This document shows positions 9,479-18,349 of a stretch of DNA of 64,000 nucleotides, piece after piece. The stretch comes from Gaiellales bacterium. Its GTDB lineage: Bacteria; Actinomycetota; Thermoleophilia; Gaiellales; JAICJC01. The first letter of the stretch is position 1, and every line of letters starts with the position of its first letter. Location: the NCBI GenBank assembly GCA_045806525.1, contig JBJMJD010000087.1:22814-86813 (forward strand). Reading direction: 5' to 3'. Position numbers and translations under genes: made by a program. The notes beneath the pieces are model-generated. The model saw nothing but the letters and a program-made list of their open reading frames with translations. It searched no databases and was not told the DNA's origin.

Positions 9479-10935
9479 CGCACGATCAGCTGGTCGGTCA
9501 GCCATTCCACCGGCGCTCGGTCGTCGGTCAGCGGGTCGCTGGACGGCGCCTGCGGTTGCAGCCCCTCGGCGAGATCGGCAGCGGGGTCGAGCGCGGGCGC
9601 GGCGGCCGCCAGGCGGGCGCGCAGCCGGGAGGCCGAGACCGGCCGCGTGAACCCGGCCACGATCTCGTTGAAGCCACCGGCCCGCCAGCGGTAGACCCTG
9701 GGGAAGACCGTGGCCATGGTGCCCGCGATGGCGCTGGGCAGCCGCTCGTCGCCGGGGATGGTGCCGACGTTCGCCATCACCATCCCGCCCGGCCGCAGCC
9801 GCTCGTCCGCCAGCCTCCAGAACTCCTGCGTGGTCAGGTAGAACGGGATGTACGGCTGGCGGAACGCGTCCAGGAAGATGGCGTCGTAGCGAGTCGCGTG
9901 GGTGTCCAGGTAGGGTCGGCCGTCGGCCGTGGCCACGCGCACACGCGGGTTCGATGCCAGGCCGAAGTAGCGGCGCCCGATGGCGGTGACCTCGGGGTCG
10001 AGCTCGATGCCGAGCACGTTCGTGGCGGGCCAGAAGGTGCCGTAGGCGCGGCCGACGGTGCCACCCGCGTACCCGATCATCGCCAGCGACTCGAACCCGC
10101 GACCGTGCATCACGGGCGCCAGCAGGAACTGGTCCCAGTAGCCGCCGGTGAGAACGCGGTTGCGGTGCCAGACCGAGTGCTCCGCCCAGCCCTCGTTCAG
10201 GTGCAGCACGCGCCCCCCGTCGGCCGTCGACTGCACCTGGATGAACTGGTATGCGGACTCGCCCTCCCAGATCACACCCGCCCCTGGCTTCACCAGCCCG
10301 GGCGGCACCAGCGCCAGCGCCACCGCCGCGGCCGGTGCCAGCACGTATCGCCAGCCGAGCGCCGGCGTCGCCGCCAGCGCCAGCACGGCGGCCGTGGCCA
10401 GCATGGTGCGGCGAGTGCCGATCAGCGGGATCAGCAGCACCACCGGCAGGAAGGTGCCGAGGATCGACCCGGCGGTGGACAGCGCGTACAGCCGCCCGGC
10501 GATCTCGCCGGCCCGCTCGACCGAGTCAACGGCGAGTCGCACCGCGAACGGTGACACCATCCCAAGCAGCGTGATCGGTACCGAGAACAGCGCCATGGAG
10601 GCGAAGAACGAGCCCAGGAAGGCGCCCACCGACGCTTCCGCGAATGCGCCCACCGCGGCCGAGAGCAGCGGCTCGGACACGAACGGGATCACGGCGATCG
10701 CCATCGCAGCGCACACGATCAGCCGGCACATGTAGGGCAGGCTGGGGTGGCGGTCGGCCAGCCGGCCACCCCAGAAGTAGCCAACCGAGAGGTAGATCAG
10801 GATCAGGCCGATGATGTTCGCCCAGATCAGGATCGAGGCTCCGAAGAAGGGCGCCAGCAGCCGCGAGGCGCACATCTCGGTGGCCATCGTGCCTGCGCCG
10901 GCTACGAACACCAGCGGGTAGAGGAGTCGGTTCAC
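9460..10935 (-). CDS. Fused membrane domain + spermidine synthase-like protein
   Basis: 491 aa. The N-terminal ~200 aa are polytopic membrane. The C-terminal half is a spermidine-synthase/SAM-MTase fold (GYAGGTVGRAY...LGIELDPEV...YDAIFLDAF). Confidence 0.85.
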   Translation of the reverse strand: MNRLLYPLVFVAGAGTMATEMCASRLLAPFFGASILIWANIIGLILIYLSVGYFWGGRLADRHPSLPYMCRLIVCAAMAIAVIPFVSEPLLSAAVGAFAEASVGAFLGSFFASMALFSVPITLLGMVSPFAVRLAVDSVERAGEIAGRLYALSTAGSILGTFLPVVLLIPLIGTRRTMLATAAVLALAATPALGWRYVLAPAAAVALALVPPGLVKPGAGVIWEGESAYQFIQVQSTADGGRVLHLNEGWAEHSVWHRNRVLTGGYWDQFLLAPVMHGRGFESLAMIGYAGGTVGRAYGTFWPATNVLGIELDPEVTAIGRRYFGLASNPRVRVATADGRPYLDTHATRYDAIFLDAFRQPYIPFYLTTQEFWRLADERLRPGGMVMANVGTIPGDERLPSAIAGTMATVFPRVYRWRAGGFNEIVAGFTRPVSASRLRARLAAAAPALDPAADLAEGLQPQAPSSDPLTDDRAPVEWLTDQLIVRYADGG

Positions 10936-11040
10936 CTCGGCCGCAGCCTATCGGCCACCACCTCGCGGATCATAGGGTCGATCGTAGCCCGTCGTCCGTC
11001 TGGTAGAACCCGTCGAGATGGGTGACGATCGACGCGGCTG

Positions 11041-11286
11041 ATGGGCGACCGGTGGGTGCAGTCGTTCCGGTCGCTGGCCGAGCCGATCCTGGCCCGGCCC
11101 GGCGGTGCGCGGCTGGTGGCCGTCGACGGGTAGGGCGGCGCCGGCACGTCCATGTTCGCCGCCCGGCTGGCGGTCGCGTTGGGCGGTGCTGCGGTCGTGC
11201 ACACCGACGACTTCGCAGTCGACGGCAACCCGGGCATCGACCACGATCAGGAGACGGAGTTCGTGCGGATCGGGGCGGGCCTATGA
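11041..11286 (+). pseudogene. Relic of a uridine-kinase-like P-loop NTPase
   Basis: The frame reads [33 protein letters not shown](11131-11133)[27 protein letters not shown]... There is an in-frame stop inside a degenerate Walker A (GxxGAGKS becomes G*GGAGTS), and the gene is truncated after ~80 codons. Confidence 0.4.
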
Positions 11287-11294
11287 TCCCTGGC

Positions 11295-11756
11295 ATGTCA
11301 GCCGTCGAGCGCCCACCGTTTCCGCCGTTCACCGAGGAGGATGCGTGGAAGAAGGTGCTGGCGGCCGAGGCGGCGTGGAACACGCGGGATCCCGACCGCG
11401 TCGTCCTTGCCTACACCAAGGACACGCAGTGGCGGAACCGCGACGAGTTCCTGTCGGGCCGCGAGGAGGTGCACGCGTTCCTGGTGCGCAAGTGGCAGAA
11501 GGAGCTCGACTACGTGCTGCGCAAGGATCTCTGGGCGTTCGCCGGCAACCGCATCGCCGTGCGGTTCCAGTACGAGTGGCATGACGGGGACGGCCGCTGG
11601 TGGCGGTCGTACGGCAATGAGAACTGGGAGTTCGAGGACAACGGGCTGATGCGGCGGCGCGAGGCCAGCATCAACGACGTCTCGATCGAGCCTGCCGACC
11701 GCCGCATCGACGGCCCCAGGGCGGAGGGAGACAGCGCCGGCATCCCGCTGCGCTGA
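11295..11756 (+). CDS. DUF1348 (NTF2/SnoaL-like) protein
   Basis: [36 protein letters not shown]...[20 protein letters not shown] 11283 is an alternative start. Confidence 0.85.
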   Translation: MSAVERPPFPPFTEEDAWKKVLAAEAAWNTRDPDRVVLAYTKDTQWRNRDEFLSGREEVHAFLVRKWQKELDYVLRKDLWAFAGNRIAVRFQYEWHDGDGRWWRSYGNENWEFEDNGLMRRREASINDVSIEPADRRIDGPRAEGDSAGIPLR

Positions 11757-11763
11757 CGATGTC

Positions 11764-12426
11764 GTGACCGATCGGGCACCCGCACTGACGCTCGAGATCT
11801 GGTCGGACGTGGTCTGCTCATGGTGCTACGTGGGCAAGCGCTACCTCGAGCAGGCGCTCGAGATGGTGCCCGACCGCGAGCTCGTCGATCTGCGCTGGCG
11901 CAGCTTCGAGCTGGATCCGACGCTGCCGGCCGACGCCGGATCGGCCGACGAGGAGCTGGCCCGGCGCCGCGGCATCAGCCTCGAGGAGGCGCGCGCGATG
12001 CACGAGGAGACGGAGCGGATGGGTGCCGAGATGGGGCTCACGTTCGACTTCGCCCATGCCCGCCGCGGCAACACCTTCGACGCCCACCGGGTGCTGCACA
12101 TGGCGCACGCCGCCGGCCTGCAGAACGCCGTCCAGGATCAGCTGATGGCGGCGTACTTCGCCGAAGGCGAGCCGATCGGAGACCCGGCGGCGCTGGCGGC
12201 TGCGGCCGGCCGCGGAGGGCTCGACCCGGCGGCCGTGAGCGAGATGCTGGCGAGCGATGGCTACGTCGTGGACGTCCGCGCCGACGAGACCGACGCGCTC
12301 GAGCTGGGTATCAGCTCGGTGCCCTTCTTCGTCTTCAACCGCCGTTATGGACTGGCCGGCGCTCACCCGCCGGAGGCGATCGTCGAGACGATCGAGCGCG
12401 CGCGCCTCGGCGACGAGACGGCCTGA
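11764..12426 (+). CDS. DsbA-family oxidoreductase (FrnE-like)
   Basis: N-terminal SDVVCSWCY active-site motif. Thioredoxin fold with helical insertion. C-terminal ISSVPFFVFN. Confidence 0.85.
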   Translation: MTDRAPALTLEIWSDVVCSWCYVGKRYLEQALEMVPDRELVDLRWRSFELDPTLPADAGSADEELARRRGISLEEARAMHEETERMGAEMGLTFDFAHARRGNTFDAHRVLHMAHAAGLQNAVQDQLMAAYFAEGEPIGDPAALAAAAGRGGLDPAAVSEMLASDGYVVDVRADETDALELGISSVPFFVFNRRYGLAGAHPPEAIVETIERARLGDETA

Positions 12427-12548
12427 TCCCGGCCATTTGTCCCGAGCCGGCAACGACGGCTCACGTCGCTCACTCAGCCGTGCAACGCCCGGCGCGCTCT
12501 TAACGGAGTCAAACACCGACTCGGGCGGCGATGGCGGTCCGGCACGGG

Positions 12549-12580
12549 AACGTGACGTGTCGTGACGAGCCCGTGGTGCG
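12549..12580 (+). repeat. Copy A of a 32-nt intergenic element (27/32 identical to 30805-30836)
   Basis: aacgtgacgtgtcgtgacgagcccgtggtgcg. The core cgtgtcgtgacgag is identical in both copies. It is enclosed by stem CACGGG(12543-12548)/CCCGTG(12570-12575). Confidence 0.45.
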
Positions 12581-12746
12581 TGGCCGCGTGGCTGCGCGGG
12601 AGCCGGTCTGGGGTCGTGATGTTCGTGCCGGACCGGCCGTGTGGATCGTCACAGATCCCGACGGGGCGTTTACGGCGGCGTGAGCTTCGTTGCAGGTTTG
12701 CGTGTCACGCGCCGGTCGCGGCGCTGCAAACGCGTCGCCGCCCAGC

Positions 12747-13679
12747 TCATTCGGTCGACAGCACCAGCCGGTTGCCGGATGGGTCGGACACGGCCGGGCC
12801 GTGCTCGCCGTGTTCGGTGACGTGGCCAGCCCGCTGGAGGCGCTCGAGCACGCGGCCGCGGGCGGTGTCGTCAGGCAGGACGATGGTCGCGTGGCGTAGC
12901 GCGGCGGTGCCGGCCGGGGGCGGCTCGGCGCCGCGGCTCTCCCAGGTGTTCGCGCCCAGGTGGTGGTGGTAGCCGCCGGCCGCCAGGAAGGCGGCGCTGT
13001 CGCCCACCTGCGCCATCAGGCCGAAGCCGAGCAGGTCGCGATAGAACCCGACGGTCGAGTCGATGTCGGCCACCTGCAGGTGCACGTGCCCCATGGTGGT
13101 ACCGCCGGGCAGCCCTTCGAACGGCTCGGATCCGGGGTCGTCCAGCTCGCCCAGCAGGCTCTCGACGTCCAGCGGCTCGGTGGTCATGCGCACGTCCACC
13201 TGGTCCTGCCAGGTCTCGCGCGGGCGGTCCCAGTAGATCTCGATGCCGTGGTGGTCGGGGTCGCGCAGGTAGAGCGCCTCGCTCACGAAGTGATCCGACA
13301 GACCCACCAGCGTGACGCGGTCGCGGGCGGCATGGGCCAGCCAGCGGGCCAGGTCATCGCGCTCGGGCACCAGCAGGGCGAAGTGGTAGAGCCCGGTGTG
13401 GCCGCGTGCGGGCGGCGCACCCGGCAGCTCGGTGAGCACCAGCAGGCCGCGGCCGCCGGTGCCGAGCGTGGCCACGCCGTCGTCCTGTGCGACCACGCCG
13501 AGCCCGATCTGCTCCTGGTAGTAGCGGATCGAGCGCCCCAGGTCGGCCACGGTCAGGTGCACGGCGCCCATGTGCGTCTCCGGCGCGATCTCGGCGGTCG
13601 CGGTCGTGGCCGTGGCCTCCAGCTGCTCGGGGTCGCGGGGGCCGGTACCCTCGCCGTCGGTGATCAGCTCGTCGCTCAT
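12747..13679 (-). CDS. VOC-family (glyoxalase/extradiol dioxygenase-like) two-module protein
   Basis: Two VOC repeats (MGAVHLTVADLGRSIRYY... and MGHVHLQVADIDSTVGFY...). Confidence 0.85.
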   Translation of the reverse strand: MSDELITDGEGTGPRDPEQLEATATTATAEIAPETHMGAVHLTVADLGRSIRYYQEQIGLGVVAQDDGVATLGTGGRGLLVLTELPGAPPARGHTGLYHFALLVPERDDLARWLAHAARDRVTLVGLSDHFVSEALYLRDPDHHGIEIYWDRPRETWQDQVDVRMTTEPLDVESLLGELDDPGSEPFEGLPGGTTMGHVHLQVADIDSTVGFYRDLLGFGLMAQVGDSAAFLAAGGYHHHLGANTWESRGAEPPPAGTAALRHATIVLPDDTARGRVLERLQRAGHVTEHGEHGPAVSDPSGNRLVLSTE

Positions 13680-13688
13680 GGCCGAAGG

Positions 13689-15005
13689 CTAGCGGCGTTC
13701 CGAGTGCCGCACCGCGTCGTAGGCCGCGAGCGCCCTCGTGCGGGCGGCCGTGTGGTCGACGATCGGCGGCGGCCGGTGGCCGCCGTCCAGCCAGCGATCG
13801 CGGTAGCCGCCATCGGCGTCGTAGCGCTGCGCCTGTCGGTCGGGGCTGAAGATGCGGTGGTACGGAGCCGCGTCCGCGCCGCTGCCGGCCACCCACTGCC
13901 AGCCCAGCGTGTTGTTCGCCAGGTCGGCGTCGACCAGCGTGTCCCAGAACCAGCGGGCACCCTCGCGCCAGTCGATAAGCAGGTGCTTGGTCAGAAACGA
14001 CGCCGCCACCATCCGCGCCCGGTTGTGCATCCAGCCGGTCTGCCAGAGCTGGCGCATGCCTGCGTCCACCAGCGCGTAGCCGGTGCGACCCTGCCGCCAG
14101 GCGGCGAGCGCGGCGGGATCGTCGCGCCACGGCATGTGGCCGTATCCCGGGCGCAGCGGCTGCTCGGCGCTGGCCGGATGGTGGTAGAGCAGGTGGTGGG
14201 CGAACTCGCGCCAGGCCAGTTGCTTCAGATACGGCTCCGCGGTCGCGCCGGAAGCCAGCGTCACCGCGTGCCACACCTGGCCCGGCGAGAGCTCCCCGTG
14301 ATGCAGATGAGGCGAGAGTCGCGAGCTGGGGCGGGCCGGCAGATCGCGGTCGTCGGCATAGCGTGCGGATCGCTCAGCAAACGCATCCAGCGCCTCGCCC
14401 GCGCCGGCCTCGCCGGGGGTCCAGCAGGCAGCCAGGCCGCCGTCCCAGTCGGAGCCGGGCAGCAGGCCCAGGTCGAGTGGCCGCAGCGATCGCGGCCCAC
14501 GCGGCGGACGCGCGAGGCGGGGCGGCGGCAGCGGCGCCTGCGGCGGTTCCATGCTCCGCAGCCTGCGCCAGAACGGGGTGAACACCTGATACGGCGTCCC
14601 GGAGCCGGTCACGACCGTCCACGGCGTATGCAGCAGCGCCCCGTTGAAGCTCTGCGGCCCGGGCAGCGAGCGCTTCAGCTGAGCTTCGCGGGCGACGGCG
14701 GCCGGTTCGTAGCGGCGGTTCCAGAAGACGGCGTCCGCACCGGTCTCGTCCATCAGGCCGGCAAGTGCCTCGTCGGCCGGGCCGCGGCGGATCACCAGCG
14801 GCGAGCCCTGCCGTTCCAGCGCTCGCTCGAGCGCGGACAGCGAGTGATGGAGCCACCAGCGCGAAGCCGCCCCGGGCGGCCAGCTGTCCTCCTCATCCGG
14901 AGACCACACGTAGACGGGGATCACCGGGCCGCGCGACGCGGCGGCGGTCAGTGCGGGGTTGTCGGCCAGCCGTAGGTCGCTCCGGAACCAGACCAGCGTC
15001 GTCAC
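13689..15005 (-). CDS. phr: Deoxyribodipyrimidine photolyase / cryptochrome family
   Basis: GTG start. LVWFRSDLRLADNPAL N-terminal domain. FAD-binding C-terminal motifs: TGYALVDAGMRQLWQTGWMHNRARM, LGWQWVAG. Confidence 0.9.
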   Translation of the reverse strand: MTTLVWFRSDLRLADNPALTAAASRGPVIPVYVWSPDEEDSWPPGAASRWWLHHSLSALERALERQGSPLVIRRGPADEALAGLMDETGADAVFWNRRYEPAAVAREAQLKRSLPGPQSFNGALLHTPWTVVTGSGTPYQVFTPFWRRLRSMEPPQAPLPPPRLARPPRGPRSLRPLDLGLLPGSDWDGGLAACWTPGEAGAGEALDAFAERSARYADDRDLPARPSSRLSPHLHHGELSPGQVWHAVTLASGATAEPYLKQLAWREFAHHLLYHHPASAEQPLRPGYGHMPWRDDPAALAAWRQGRTGYALVDAGMRQLWQTGWMHNRARMVAASFLTKHLLIDWREGARWFWDTLVDADLANNTLGWQWVAGSGADAAPYHRIFSPDRQAQRYDADGGYRDRWLDGGHRPPPIVDHTAARTRALAAYDAVRHSERR

Positions 15006-15033
15006 GCACGCACCCTAGCCCTACTATGCCGGG

Positions 15034-15453
15034 ATGCGACAGACACTGCGAGCAGCGGCCGCGGGTGCCGCCGCGGCCGGCTTCTGGGCCGCGGTGGAAC
15101 CGGGCCTGCGCCGGTTCACGCACTCCCCTCACACCGAGCCGCGGCTGGTGGGGCGGATGCTGGCGCCGGAGCGCTACTGGCTGCCGGTTGGGCTGACCGT
15201 GCACGTGGTGAACGGGGCCGTGTTCGGCCTCGTGTTCAATCGCCTCGGCGGCCGCGGCATCATCCGGGCGGTGGCGGCCGCCGAGATCGAGAACCTGTGC
15301 CTGTGGCCGACGCTGCTGGTGTTCGACGCACTGCACCCCGACGTGCGCGACGGCAGCTGGCCTGAGCTGTTCGGCGACCGGCGCGCGCTGGTGCACGAGA
15401 TGGCCGGGCACGCCGTGTTCGGCGTCGCGCTGGGGGCGTTGCTCCGGGACTGA
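15034..15453 (+). CDS. Hypothetical membrane protein
   Basis: 139-aa ORF with GC-rich third codon positions (by eye) and 3-4 hydrophobic segments. I did not recognise a family. Confidence 0.6.
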   Translation: MRQTLRAAAAGAAAAGFWAAVEPGLRRFTHSPHTEPRLVGRMLAPERYWLPVGLTVHVVNGAVFGLVFNRLGGRGIIRAVAAAEIENLCLWPTLLVFDALHPDVRDGSWPELFGDRRALVHEMAGHAVFGVALGALLRD

Positions 15454-15509
15454 GCGGCGGCCGGCGCCAGGGCACCGGTACCCCGGGCCACGGTTGGTAG
15501 GCTCGCGCG

Positions 15510-16640
15510 GTGATCGAGCCCTTCCACGCCCAGCTGCCGGTGCGGATCAGGTTCGGCCCGGGCGTCGTCGGCGCGCTGGCCGAGCTGATCGGCGGCCGTC
15601 GTGCGCTGGTCGTGTCCGAGCCGCCGGTGCTCGCCATCGACGCCGTCGCCGCGGCGGTGGCGGCGCTGCCGCTCTACGAGAAGCAGCCCGGCGAGCCGAC
15701 GCCGGCGCTCGTCGCCGACGCCGCCGCCCGTGTGGCTGCTGAGCGGCCCGAGGTGCTGGTGGCGGTGGGCGGCGGCTCGGCCATCGACCTGGCCAAGGCG
15801 GCCAGACTGGTGGCCGGCCAGGGCCGGCCGATCGAGGCGTTCCTGGCGGGCGAGGCGGCGGTCACCGTCCCGGCGGTCGACCTGATCGCAGTGCCGACCA
15901 CGTCCGGCACCGGCAGCGAGGTGTCCGGCGGGTCGGTGGTGGTCGATCCCGCACAGGGGCGCAAGCTGGGGGTGGCGCATCCGCTGATGCGAGCCCAGGA
16001 TGCGCTGGTCGACCCGCTGCTGACCCTGGCGCTGCCGCCCGAGCCGACTGCCTACACCGGCGCGGACGCCCTGGCCCAGGCGATCGGCGGCGCGATCGTC
16101 TCGAACGGCAACCCGATGTCGCTGGCCCTCGGCCTGGAGGCCGGCCGCCACGTCGCGGCCGGTCTGGAGCGGTCGCTGGCCGACGGCTCCGACGTCGACG
16201 CACGCACCGAGCTGAGCCTCGGCAGCCTGATGGCCGGCCTGGCGATGAACCTGTCCGACTCCGGCGCCGACCATGCGCTCGGCCACGCGATCGGATCGAC
16301 CCTGGGGCTGCCGCACGGGCTCACGGTCGGCCTGGTGCTGGCCGAGACGCTCGATCTGAACCGCCCCGCATGCGCCGGCCGTCTGGAACGGGTCGCCGAT
16401 GCGCTGGGCGAGCCGGACGACGGCAGCGGCGACGGTTCCCGGGCGGTGCGCGCCGTGCGCCGGTTGCTGGCCGCGATCGGGCTGCCCACATTGCGCCAAG
16501 CGGGTGTCAAAGAGGGCCACATCGACCGCCTGGTCGAGCTCTCGCTGGCCGACTACTGCCTGACGGTGAACCCGCGCACCTGGACGGAGCAGGATGTCCG
16601 CGCCGCGTACGCGGCCGCGATGGCGCTCGACCGGCGCTGA
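15510..16640 (+). CDS. Iron-containing alcohol dehydrogenase family protein
   Basis: VAVGGGSAIDLAKA, PTTSGTGSEV, and His-rich metal-site region ...ADHALGHAIG...PHG. Confidence 0.85.
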   Translation: MIEPFHAQLPVRIRFGPGVVGALAELIGGRRALVVSEPPVLAIDAVAAAVAALPLYEKQPGEPTPALVADAAARVAAERPEVLVAVGGGSAIDLAKAARLVAGQGRPIEAFLAGEAAVTVPAVDLIAVPTTSGTGSEVSGGSVVVDPAQGRKLGVAHPLMRAQDALVDPLLTLALPPEPTAYTGADALAQAIGGAIVSNGNPMSLALGLEAGRHVAAGLERSLADGSDVDARTELSLGSLMAGLAMNLSDSGADHALGHAIGSTLGLPHGLTVGLVLAETLDLNRPACAGRLERVADALGEPDDGSGDGSRAVRAVRRLLAAIGLPTLRQAGVKEGHIDRLVELSLADYCLTVNPRTWTEQDVRAAYAAAMALDRR

Positions 16641-16677
16641 GCTTCCGCGCGGCTCATGGCCGGGGCGGATTCAGCCG

Positions 16678-17643
16678 ATGCAATCCTCGAGACTCTTGAG
16701 CACCGACATGGCTCCGAACCATCCCTCAGACCAGGACGCGGCTGTGGCAGCGCTGCTTCGGCGCGTGGCTGCGACCGCCGGCGTGCACATGTATGAGATG
16801 GAGCTGTTCGACGACTTCGACTACGTCTGCCACGTCTGGATCGGCCAGGCCCTGGAGAGCCTGCTGGGCGCCGTGCCGGTGGGGATGGACAAGGAAGCGG
16901 CCTGGGAGGCGTGTATCCACCCAGACGACCGCGCCGGCTACGAGGCAGCGTTGGCTCCGCTCCTGAACGGCGAACCGACCGAGACGGAGTACCGGCTGGT
17001 CGGGTTCGACGGTGTCACCCGCTGGGTCTGGGAGCGCTGCATCCCCCGGCCGCTGGTCGACGGCAGGCGGCTGGTGGACGGCATCGTCACCGACATCACC
17101 GACCGCCACCTCGTCGAGCGCGAGCTGGCCGAGGCGCACGCCCGTCTGGCGCACCTGGCCTACCACGACCACCTCACCGGGCTGCCCAACCGCGCGCAGT
17201 TCCAGGAGCATCTGGACGTTGCGCTGGCCCGCGCCGGCCGCGGCGGCTCCTTCGTGGCCGTCCTGTTCATCGACCTGGACGGGTTCAAGCAGGTGAACGA
17301 CGCCCACGGCCACGGCGCCGGAGACTCGCTGCTACGGGCGGTCGGCGAGCGGCTCTCGGCGATCTCGCGCGACGGCGACGTGGTGGCACGCCTGGGCGGC
17401 GACGAGTTCCTGATGCTGGCCTGCCTGGGCGCTGCCGACCAGGCGCAGCTGGACGGTCTCTGCGACCGCGTCTACGAGCAGCTCCTGGCCCCGTTCAACG
17501 TCGAGGGCGCCGACCTCGAGGTGTCCGGCAGCGTCGGCCTGGCGCTGTTCCCGCGCGACGCGGGCACCGGCGACGACCTGATCCGGGCGGCCGACGTGGC
17601 GATGTACAGCACCAAGCAGCACGGTCGCCGCCGCGCCGCCTGA
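16678..17643 (+). CDS. PAS + GGDEF diguanylate cyclase
   Basis: PAS-like N-terminus. Active site RLGGDEFLML with an I-site RDGD at the canonical spacing. ATG 16708 is an alternative start. Confidence 0.85.
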   Translation: MQSSRLLSTDMAPNHPSDQDAAVAALLRRVAATAGVHMYEMELFDDFDYVCHVWIGQALESLLGAVPVGMDKEAAWEACIHPDDRAGYEAALAPLLNGEPTETEYRLVGFDGVTRWVWERCIPRPLVDGRRLVDGIVTDITDRHLVERELAEAHARLAHLAYHDHLTGLPNRAQFQEHLDVALARAGRGGSFVAVLFIDLDGFKQVNDAHGHGAGDSLLRAVGERLSAISRDGDVVARLGGDEFLMLACLGAADQAQLDGLCDRVYEQLLAPFNVEGADLEVSGSVGLALFPRDAGTGDDLIRAADVAMYSTKQHGRRRAA

Positions 17644-17654
17644 GCGCCGCCGCT

Positions 17655-18041
17655 TCAGACGGGCAGGTCGACCCCGTCCCGCGCCAGATTCTCGGCGAAG
17701 GCCGTAGCCCGATCGCCGCGAGGCCTCGACAGCTCGCCGGCGCCGCGGAACTGCGGCCCGATCTGGCGGCCGCACTCGAGGTACAGGGGATAGGTCTCGT
17801 TCACCAGCTGCTCGGCCGTCTCCGGCGGCAGCGCCTCGGCGGTCACCACCAGCAGGTCGATGTCGGAGTGCATCGGCGAGCCCGCGTCCCACATGTCGCC
17901 GCGGGCGGCCGACCCGAACAGCACCAGGCGCTTCAGCGAACCGCCGAGGCGCTCGCGCAGCATCCCGCAGTACCGGAGCAGGCACTCGCGCTCGAGCGGG
18001 GACAGGTGCCGCAGCGGATCGTCGCCGTCCGCGACCGGCAT
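17655..18041 (-). CDS. Small nucleotidyltransferase-domain (MNT-like) protein
   Basis: LVLFGSAARGD...HSDIDLLVV motif. ATG 18041 shares one base with the Rieske stop (TGATG). Confidence 0.75.
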   Translation of the reverse strand: MPVADGDDPLRHLSPLERECLLRYCGMLRERLGGSLKRLVLFGSAARGDMWDAGSPMHSDIDLLVVTAEALPPETAEQLVNETYPLYLECGRQIGPQFRGAGELSRPRGDRATAFAENLARDGVDLPV

Positions 18042-18349
18042 CACATCTCGACCTGGATCTCGCCGTCCTGCTCGCGCACCGGGTAGGTCTCGAGTGAAGC
18101 CACCGCGGGGCCCACCAGGGCCTCGCCGGTGCGGATGTTGAAGACGGCGCCGTGGCAGTAGCACTCGAGCTGCTGGTCGGTGAGCGTGCCCTCCGCCAGC
18201 GGGCACTCCTCGTGCGTGCACCAGCCCTCGAACGCGTAGAGGCTGCCGCCGCTGCGGGCCACCACCACCGGCTCACCGCGGTTGTCGGCCTCGAGCATCT
18301 CGCCTTCGGGCAGGTCGCCGGCCCCCGCCACGGTCGTCCAGTCAGCCAT
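18041..18349 (-). CDS. Rieske [2Fe-2S] ferredoxin
   Basis: 102 aa. CTHEEC...CYCHGAVF (CxH...CxxH). Confidence 0.85.
   Translation of the reverse strand: MADWTTVAGAGDLPEGEMLEADNRGEPVVVARSGGSLYAFEGWCTHEECPLAEGTLTDQQLECYCHGAVFNIRTGEALVGPAVASLETYPVREQDGEIQVEM

Noticed and set aside
12960-14975. 671-aa plus-strand ORF
   Set aside because: It is antisense to the VOC and photolyase genes, has no recognisable motifs and shows shadow-ORF composition.
17655-18041. Calling the small nucleotidyltransferase a toxin-antitoxin (HEPN-MNT) module
   Set aside because: There is no HEPN-like partner ORF on either side. The gene is translationally coupled to a catabolic operon instead.
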